Notes under the pieces: model-generated
The model's input: the letters and a program-made list of their open reading frames with translations, nothing else
The model's database searches: none
What the model was told of the DNA's origin: nothing
Position numbers and translations under genes: made by a program
Origin: Candidatus Hodarchaeota archaeon
GTDB lineage: Archaea > Asgardarchaeota > Wukongarchaeia > Wukongarchaeales > Wukongarchaeaceae
Direction of reading: 5' to 3'
DNA length: 24,000 bases
Assembly (NCBI GenBank): GCA_048886645.1
Contig: JBHLKN010000016.1
Coordinates: 5,904-29,903 of the forward strand
Shown: positions 8,093 to 13,417 of the stretch, one piece after another
Layout of the letters: each line of letters starts with the position of its first letter
Numbering within the stretch: position 1 is the first letter of the stretch

Positions 8093-8800
8093 TTGAAAGA
8101 CGAGATAGAAATGATTGAAAAAGAAGCTGCAAGAAACCTACAAGTAGGGAGATGGAAGGATGCCGGTTCTGCTTTTGAATATTTAATGCGCGAAAAAATG
8201 AAAATAAACGATTTTGAGGGAGCATTAGAAAGCGCTGCAAAAGCTTTGTTTTGTTGGCAAAAATTAGGGGATATAACACGCAGTGCAAAGTTGCTAGAAG
8301 AAACCGGCATAATGAGTTTTAAACGCGCTGCAGAATTTTTTGAAATTATTGCTAAAGAAGATAAACTTGTCTTTGAAAGGGCAGCAAAGTGCTATGCAGC
8401 CATAGGCGACACAACAAGGATGAAAAAGAGCCTAAAAAAAGCCGTAAAAATGTTTTCTGAGAAATCCGAATCCCTTATAGAAAACAATAAGTGCGAAGAA
8501 GCACTAAGATGGTTGGAAGGCGCTATTCGCTGTTATAAAAAACTTGGAGATAAAGAAAACACTAAAAAATCCCTCACCCATAAAGCAGAATGCCATGAAA
8601 AACTTGCAAAAGAATTCCAAAAAAAGAAGGGAGTGGAGAACGAATATTTAGCAGCAAGAGAATATGAAAACGCTGCAAAAACATACAAAAAATTAAGAAA
8701 AAGAAAAAAAACAAACGAGATGCTAGAAAAAAGCAAAAAAGCAAAAGAAAAAGCAGAAAAAGAATATCAAGGGGAATTTGACCCCCTATCAACCCTTTAA
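8093..8800 (+). CDS. TPR-like helical-repeat protein with Lys-rich C-terminal tail
   Basis: Four recurring hairpin motifs of type AAK.Y..(L/I)GD...: AAKALFCWQKLGDITRSAK, AAKCYAAIGDTTRMKK, AIRCYKKLGDKENTKK and AAKTYKKLRKRKKT. The tail is KKAKEKAEKE. Start is TTG 8093 or ATG 8111. Confidence 0.6.
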   Translation: MKDEIEMIEKEAARNLQVGRWKDAGSAFEYLMREKMKINDFEGALESAAKALFCWQKLGDITRSAKLLEETGIMSFKRAAEFFEIIAKEDKLVFERAAKCYAAIGDTTRMKKSLKKAVKMFSEKSESLIENNKCEEALRWLEGAIRCYKKLGDKENTKKSLTHKAECHEKLAKEFQKKKGVENEYLAAREYENAAKTYKKLRKRKKTNEMLEKSKKAKEKAEKEYQGEFDPLSTL

Positions 8801-8801
8801 A

Positions 8802-8840
8802 TAAACCGATTAAACCAAATTAAACCGAATTAAACAACGT
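8802..8840 (+). repeat. Four tandem ~10-nt TAAAC(C/A) repeats just upstream of tnpB
   Basis: The units are taaaccgat / taaaccaaat / taaaccgaat / taaacaacgt, starting at 8802, 8811, 8821 and 8831 with helical-turn periodicity. They lie directly after the stop of the upstream gene (8798-8800). Confidence 0.85.
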
Positions 8841-8876
8841 TCAATCTAACTCATCTCAAGTGGGCAGGGAGACCTC

Positions 8877-10214
8877 ATGCATAAGCACGGGGAGAAATTA
8901 CCCCTCATCTCAGCTGGCTTTAAATATCTCCTTAAGAAATTAAATAGTGGTGAAACTTTGAGGTTCAAGAAAAGTATATTGCTTAACTGTCTGCCTTTAA
9001 CTGCTAAAAAAGAACAGATTCTCGATAGTTTTTTTATTGAATATCTCGAAGTCCTCAATAAAACCCTTAAACATTTACCGGAGGCCAAGTCTTCTACCGA
9101 ACTGCACCATCTAACATATTCAAACATACGCAAAACATCCTTCCTTCCATCTGATATTATCCAAGAAGCTCGAAAGGATGTTTGGGCTAAGAGAAAAACT
9201 GTTAAGAGCGGTTTTAAAGGATGCTCTATCAGACTTAATAAAAGGTGGTTCAGACTCTTTGAAACTTTTAGAGGTACTCCGTGTTTCAAGATCACTTATT
9301 CTCCTCGCAAAAGCTTTGTAATCCCTGTTAAGCTTGACAAAGGTTATGAGAGGTTCAAAGAGTTTCTTGAAGATAGTTGGAAAATTAAGTGCATTTCCCT
9401 CCTTAATGGTGGCAAGATTGCGGTTTGTATTGAGAAAGATTTTCCCGAACCTTCTAATAAAAAAAGAAGATATATTATTGGGATCGATATCGGTTCTTCC
9501 ACCCTTGCGGCGGTAACTGTTTTTGATTCTAACACTTATAAAGTAGCTAAACAACTTTACTTTGGAAGAGGCGTCGCTAAAAGTCAGAGGAGATACGAAG
9601 AAAGAAGGGGTAAACTTCAAAGTTATGCTGATAAAGGCTCTAAAAAAGCCAAGAAATACTTGAGAAGGATTAAAATTAAACAGAGAAACTTTGTTAAGAC
9701 AAGAAGCGGGCAGATAGCTAAGGAAATTGTTAATCTTGCCCTTGAGAATAACGCTTCTATTTCAATTGAAAAGCTTAGTATTAGGGGGAAGAAGCGTAAG
9801 TTTAACAGGAAGGCTAACAGGAAGATTAACCGCATTCCTTACGCTCAGTTCAGAGAGTTTCTTAAAAGTAACTGCATTAAACACGGTATCCCTCTTCGCG
9901 AAATTGATTCTTACCACACTTCCAAATGGTGTCCTCACTGCGGTGCAGTAAACAAAGGACGCTCATCTCCTAACTACGCTTTGTATATCTGTAAGAACTG
10001 CGGTTTGGTTGTGAATAGCGATAGAAAAGCCTCCTTGGCTATAGCTATAAAATCCCTCTTGCAGCAGACATCAAACCAAGGCTTCAAAAGACCTTCTTTT
10101 GTCCAGATTTCCAAGAGAAGAGTCCCTGTAAACGGACTCGTTCATCCAGATGATGAGGGTTTGAGTTTTGCTGTACAACATATCACCCCTCAAATGGAAA
10201 GCTCCTTCCGTTAG
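8877..10214 (+). CDS. tnpB: TnpB/OrfB RNA-guided-nuclease-type transposon protein (RuvC + zinc ribbon)
   Basis: 445 aa with RuvC-I YIIGIDIGSSTLA (D), RuvC-II ASISIEKL (E), zinc ribbon CPHCG...CKNCG and RuvC-III VVNSDRKASLAIA (D). The N-terminal half is typical of the archaeal OrfB_IS605 type. Confidence 0.9.
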   Translation: MHKHGEKLPLISAGFKYLLKKLNSGETLRFKKSILLNCLPLTAKKEQILDSFFIEYLEVLNKTLKHLPEAKSSTELHHLTYSNIRKTSFLPSDIIQEARKDVWAKRKTVKSGFKGCSIRLNKRWFRLFETFRGTPCFKITYSPRKSFVIPVKLDKGYERFKEFLEDSWKIKCISLLNGGKIAVCIEKDFPEPSNKKRRYIIGIDIGSSTLAAVTVFDSNTYKVAKQLYFGRGVAKSQRRYEERRGKLQSYADKGSKKAKKYLRRIKIKQRNFVKTRSGQIAKEIVNLALENNASISIEKLSIRGKKRKFNRKANRKINRIPYAQFREFLKSNCIKHGIPLREIDSYHTSKWCPHCGAVNKGRSSPNYALYICKNCGLVVNSDRKASLAIAIKSLLQQTSNQGFKRPSFVQISKRRVPVNGLVHPDDEGLSFAVQHITPQMESSFR

Positions 10215-10221
10215 GGAGGGG
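10202..10221 (+). other. 8-bp stem / GTTA tetraloop hairpin spanning the tnpB stop codon (candidate right-end / omega-RNA terminal stem)
   Basis: ctccttcc (10202-10209), gtta, gggagggg (10214-10221) give 6 Watson-Crick and 2 G-U pairs. The stop TAG is at 10212-10214. Confidence 0.55.
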
Positions 10222-10225
10222 TAGT

Positions 10226-10489
10226 TTACTTTAACATGCCTACATACGTTCGTGTCTCCACGATCTCAGGATTTTCCCGCCTTATCGACGAAACAACATC
10301 ATCAAGCTCACGCATATTCCTAGCCTCAATAAGAACAGCTAAATCATAGTCTCCATAGACGGGAAAAGCTAATTTAACAAACTCTTTTTTTACTAACTTT
10401 TCGCAAAGATTCCACTCTTTGCCAACCTCACACCGCATCAGCAAAAAAGCTACAACAGTTGGCCCTTTTTCTTCTTTCAACAAAATCAC
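10226..10489 (-). CDS. Stand-alone Lrp/AsnC-type RAM (ligand-binding) domain protein
   Basis: 87 aa, VVAFLLMRCEVGKEWNLCEKLVKKEFVKLAFPVYGDYDLAVLIEARNMRELDDVVSSIRRENPEIVETRTYVG. This fits the beta-alpha-beta-beta-alpha-beta AsnC_trans_reg pattern, and no HTH is present. Confidence 0.72.
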   Translation of the reverse strand: MILLKEEKGPTVVAFLLMRCEVGKEWNLCEKLVKKEFVKLAFPVYGDYDLAVLIEARNMRELDDVVSSIRRENPEIVETRTYVGMLK

Positions 10490-10564
10490 CCAGCAAACTC
10501 TTTTTTACATCTGATTTAAAATTTTTTGAGCAAATATTTTACAACTAAATATAAAAATATAGAG

Positions 10565-10577
10565 CTATAATTATTTA
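10565..10577 (+). promoter_or_regulatory. TATA-like box upstream of tRNA-Arg
   Basis: ctataattattta lies about 25-35 nt upstream of the mature tRNA 5' end, the appropriate spacing for an archaeal TATA/TSS. Confidence 0.35.
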
Positions 10578-10600
10578 CAATTGTTGGTCAGTTGGTAAAG

Positions 10601-10678
10601 GGGCCCGTAGCTCAGTTTGGATGGAGCACCAGCTTGCGGAGCTGGGGGTCGCGGGTTCAAATCCCGTCGGGCCCGCCA
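10601..10678 (+). tRNA. tRNA-Arg (anticodon GCG), CCA encoded, no intron
   Basis: Manual cloverleaf: acceptor GGGCCCG/CGGGCCC, D arm GCTC-AGTTTGGATG-GAGC, anticodon arm CCAGC-TTGCGGA-GCTGG, variable GGGTC, T arm GCGGG-TTCAAAT-CCCGT, discriminator G, then CCA. Confidence 0.93.
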
Positions 10679-10805
10679 AGCCCCTTAAAAATATTATTTG
10701 CCTCTAAATATAGTTAAAAGGAAGGAAGGGTCGGTATTACAATGATGATATCTTCTTTTTTTAGCATTCTTTATTCTTTTAATATAGGGTCGGGGTTGGT
10801 TTTTT

Positions 10806-12407
10806 TTGAGGACGAGAGATGGTCGCAATGGCGAAGTTGTTCATTGTGCTTTTTGTGGTGATGCATTTTCTATAGATCTTCTGCTTTTTTGCAGAAGTTG
10901 TGGCGCGATTATCTGTTGTAAATGCTTGAAAAGGGATTATTTCAAAGCGTTTTTCTGTAGTTATTGTTCTGCCCTCGTCCCAGAAGAGACTATTTTCTGC
11001 CCTGTTTGTAGACGTAGAAGTGAAAAAAAACAGGGAAATACCACCATCAGGATGTGTCCTAGTTGTCTTTCTAGAGATATCCATCCGGTAATCGAGGAAA
11101 GAAAATTTTTAGTTATTTCCTTCCGTGACCTAGTATTAAAGTTGAGACATGAGTTTACAAATATAGCAGACTTTGTTTCAGTCTTTAACTCTGTTATAAA
11201 TCGGGGAATTTTACTGCGTAAAAATAACTTTTTACACTATCCGATTATTGAACGGTCATTGAACGATATCCATAAAGGTTTTCCGACTTGCTTAAAAGAA
11301 CTTGAAGAAGTAACCACTTATACGGCAAGAAGCCTCGCGCAACATGTTCTCGCCTTCTCCCGACCTACCCAAATGAGTCCCCTTGATCTAAAAGCTAATT
11401 TTACAGTTCGAAAAACATTATCAGACGAAGTAGAAGTTTTTGAAAATCTAGTCTCGCGAAAATTAGGCTTTTTTTCCGATCGTTTAAAACAGGCTGAAAG
11501 ATCTGTGAAAAGGATGGAAAAAACAAAGACTGTTTTTGATAAATTATCAAGGTTCATCGAGATAATGCCAGGTGAATCGCCTGTTTACATATATCGATAT
11601 AAAAAAATTGCTAACACTCCAAGAAACATCAATCTAAAAAAAGGCAGAGGATATATTATTTTAACAGATCAACGAATAATTTTTGTGCCCCTAAAAGGGA
11701 TAAATCTCAAAACTGGAGAGAAAAGCCAGACTGATTCATCAAACTTTTACGCTTTAGATCTTGAAAAAACTCACATGATAGACGTGACAAAACACTTTTT
11801 TTCACGTAAAAAAGTGATTTTTAGGACCGAGGAAGGCGAGTACGTGTTTTTATTTTCTACAAGAGAAGTTGGTAGACTTAAAGACGCTTTCAAGTTTTCT
11901 AAGAAATATCATGATTACACTTCCAAAAATAGTTCTTTTCTCGAACAATTAGCCCGTGATAAAATAAATATAGACCCCTTCAAAAAGAGAATTGAAAAAT
12001 ACATCGATCATATTCTTTTCCCGCTTGGTTTAAGCCAAAAACAAATCTTCGGAGATATTAAAGACGATTATTACCCGTTTGATTTCGTTGATTTTTCAGA
12101 TATAACCCATTTGGAAAATAATTATCACGCGATTATCAAAGTTTTAAACAAACTGGATGAAAAATTTCAAAGAGGCGAAATAAACAGCCCCGAATATATG
12201 CGTCAAATGAATTATTATAGAAATCTTTTAGAAAGTAATTATTACGGGATTATCAAAGTGTTAAACGCTCTCCATGATAGATTTGAAAGAGGTGAAATAA
12301 ACGGCCCTGAATATATGCGGAACATCAAACATTATAATCAGCAAAAGTTTATTATTAGAAGAGAATTAGAACGTAGAAAAGCACGCTTTGGGAGTCCATT
12401 CGCATAA
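10806..12407 (+). CDS. Multidomain protein: N-terminal FYVE/PHD-spaced Cys8 zinc finger plus an extra zinc ribbon, helical linker, GRAM/GLUE-like PH domain, two SHOCT-like C-terminal repeats
   Basis: CAFCGDAFSIDLLLFCRSCGAIICCKC...CSYC has FYVE spacing (compare EEA1 [28 protein letters not shown]...CDAC) but lacks the basic RRHH motif. Further CPVC...CPSC follows. KGRGYIILTDQRIIFVP ... KKVIFRTEEGEYVFLFSTREVGRLKDAFKF fits the GRAM/PH pattern. The 40-aa repeats IIKVLNKLDEKFQRGEINSPEYMRQ and IIKVLNALHDRFERGEINGPEYMRN are SHOCT-like. TTG start. Confidence 0.8.
   Translation: MRTRDGRNGEVVHCAFCGDAFSIDLLLFCRSCGAIICCKCLKRDYFKAFFCSYCSALVPEETIFCPVCRRRSEKKQGNTTIRMCPSCLSRDIHPVIEERKFLVISFRDLVLKLRHEFTNIADFVSVFNSVINRGILLRKNNFLHYPIIERSLNDIHKGFPTCLKELEEVTTYTARSLAQHVLAFSRPTQMSPLDLKANFTVRKTLSDEVEVFENLVSRKLGFFSDRLKQAERSVKRMEKTKTVFDKLSRFIEIMPGESPVYIYRYKKIANTPRNINLKKGRGYIILTDQRIIFVPLKGINLKTGEKSQTDSSNFYALDLEKTHMIDVTKHFFSRKKVIFRTEEGEYVFLFSTREVGRLKDAFKFSKKYHDYTSKNSSFLEQLARDKINIDPFKKRIEKYIDHILFPLGLSQKQIFGDIKDDYYPFDFVDFSDITHLENNYHAIIKVLNKLDEKFQRGEINSPEYMRQMNYYRNLLESNYYGIIKVLNALHDRFERGEINGPEYMRNIKHYNQQKFIIRRELERRKARFGSPFA
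12117..12356 (+). repeat. Intragenic 120-nt (40-codon) tandem duplication encoding the two SHOCT-like modules
   Basis: NNYHAIIKVLNKLDEKFQRGEINSPEYMRQMNYYRNLLES is followed by NYYGIIKVLNALHDRFERGEINGPEYMRNIKHYNQQKFII. The similarity is also visible at the DNA level (attatcaaagt[t/g]ttaaac..., agaggcgaaataaacagccccgaatatatgcg versus agaggtgaaataaacggccctgaatatatgcg). Confidence 0.85.
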
Positions 12408-12607
12408 GAATTTAAAAGTAAAAGTTAACAAACAAGATGTTTATCGCCCTTACCCTACCCGGCTCATATAAAACTCCGCTAATAGGCATCTATAGCAATT
12501 TATTCCTTCCCTTCCCTAAATGAGCCTAGTTACAGTATTAAAATAAAAAAATGTTTTCGACTTTTATTCGGCGTTTTTGAATTTTATACTTTTTTGTTTA
12601 GGATTTT

Positions 12608-13300
12608 TTATTGGGAAGACGATTCTAATTGTTTTTTTAGAAGTTTTAGCTCCTTTTCTACTTCTGCTTCTTCTGCTTCCAGTTTTTCTTTGTCTACTAC
12701 ACGGGTTTCTTTTGGTCTTTCTACGGAGGTTCTGGATACGGGTTCAGTAGTTACTGCTTCTGCTCCCACAAGTTGCTTTTCCATAGCGGCGATCTCTGCA
12801 TCAATAGCGTCTTCTATTTCTAGCTCAAGTTCTGCTTCGGCAGAAGTAACATCAGCAAGGGCTTCATCAGCCATAGAAGCCCTTTCCATCCCCTCTTCAA
12901 GACGTACCATAAGTTCTTCTGTTACTTCCGGTCCCACTTCCCTCAAACCCTCATTTATAACTATATCTGCCTCTCTGAGAGCGCCACTAAGCTCAATATT
13001 ATCTTTCACAGTTTCGATGGTCTCTATTATACGATTCATGTTAAGGATTTTATTCTCTGTACTTTCAAGCTTCTTAAGGTAAAGCTGTCTCCTCAATAAA
13101 GATTTTTTTGCTCCCATCTTATTGCCATCACGAAGCATTTCCATAGCTAACGAACGTTGTTCATCCGCTTTACGCCTTATGGCCCTTGATTTAAGTTCAA
13201 AACGATTTATAACAGCCCTAAGCTTAGCTATGGTTTCTGATGGTTTTCTTCTTTTATCCCCAAAGAGAAAATTCTTAATGCCCATTATCAAAATCTCCAT
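12608..13300 (-). CDS. ESCRT-III protein, Snf7 family (Vps20/32/60 = CHMP4-7-like)
   Basis: The N-terminus MGIKNFLFGDKRRKPSETIAKLR resembles CHMP6/Snf7 N-termini. A basic helical hairpin (RKADEQRSLAMEMLRDGNKMGAKKSLLRRQLYLKKLE) is followed by an acidic C-terminal half and the terminal amphipathic helix EKELKLLKKQLE. ATG at 13300 or 13285. Confidence 0.85.
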   Translation of the reverse strand: MEILIMGIKNFLFGDKRRKPSETIAKLRAVINRFELKSRAIRRKADEQRSLAMEMLRDGNKMGAKKSLLRRQLYLKKLESTENKILNMNRIIETIETVKDNIELSGALREADIVINEGLREVGPEVTEELMVRLEEGMERASMADEALADVTSAEAELELEIEDAIDAEIAAMEKQLVGAEAVTTEPVSRTSVERPKETRVVDKEKLEAEEAEVEKELKLLKKQLESSSQ

Positions 13301-13417
13301 CTAAAAAATACTGAAGACAAACAACAATCACTTAAACTATTTTTTTATTAGTCTTAAGGATTATTTTTCCTAATGTATTAAAGATAGCTGTAACTAAAAA
13401 GGGTTTCTATTTTTCTA

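Larger units (their letters stand above)
8801..10225 (+). mobile_element. Solo TnpB (IS200/IS605-family, IS1341-like) element; boundaries approximate; no tnpA
   Basis: A single tnpB ORF fills the whole gap between two unrelated genes. No Y1 transposase ORF is present. A stem-loop overlaps the stop codon. Confidence 0.6.

Noticed and set aside
8801-10225. A complete IS200/IS605 element with a tnpA transposase
   Set aside because: No Y1 (HUH) transposase ORF exists on either strand between the flanking genes. Only tnpB is present, so the element is called a solo, non-autonomous or domesticated TnpB.
10742-10748. C-box-like ATGATGA in the intergenic region after tRNA-Arg (possible C/D box sRNA)
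   Set aside because: No D box (CTGA) or C'/D' elements occur within the following ~80 nt on either strand, and there is no terminal stem.
1640-10793. Recurring GGGTCGG heptamer in intergenic DNA (about 1640, 10728, 10787)
   Set aside because: There are only three occurrences of a short motif with no shared flanking context. I cannot compute the background expectation, so it is too weak to call a regulatory site.
12461-12526. 7-bp inverted repeat GGCTCAT...ATGAGCC with a 52-nt spacer in the convergent intergenic region between the zinc-finger/PH gene and the Snf7-like gene
   Set aside because: The stem is short and the loop is long and unstructured-looking. It could be part of a terminator or sRNA, but nothing else supports this.
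12594-13082. 162-aa Ser-rich ORF on the plus strand
   Set aside because: It lies entirely antisense to the well-supported Snf7-like ESCRT-III gene. The low-complexity S/A/F composition is a mirror artefact of the E/K/A-rich coding strand.
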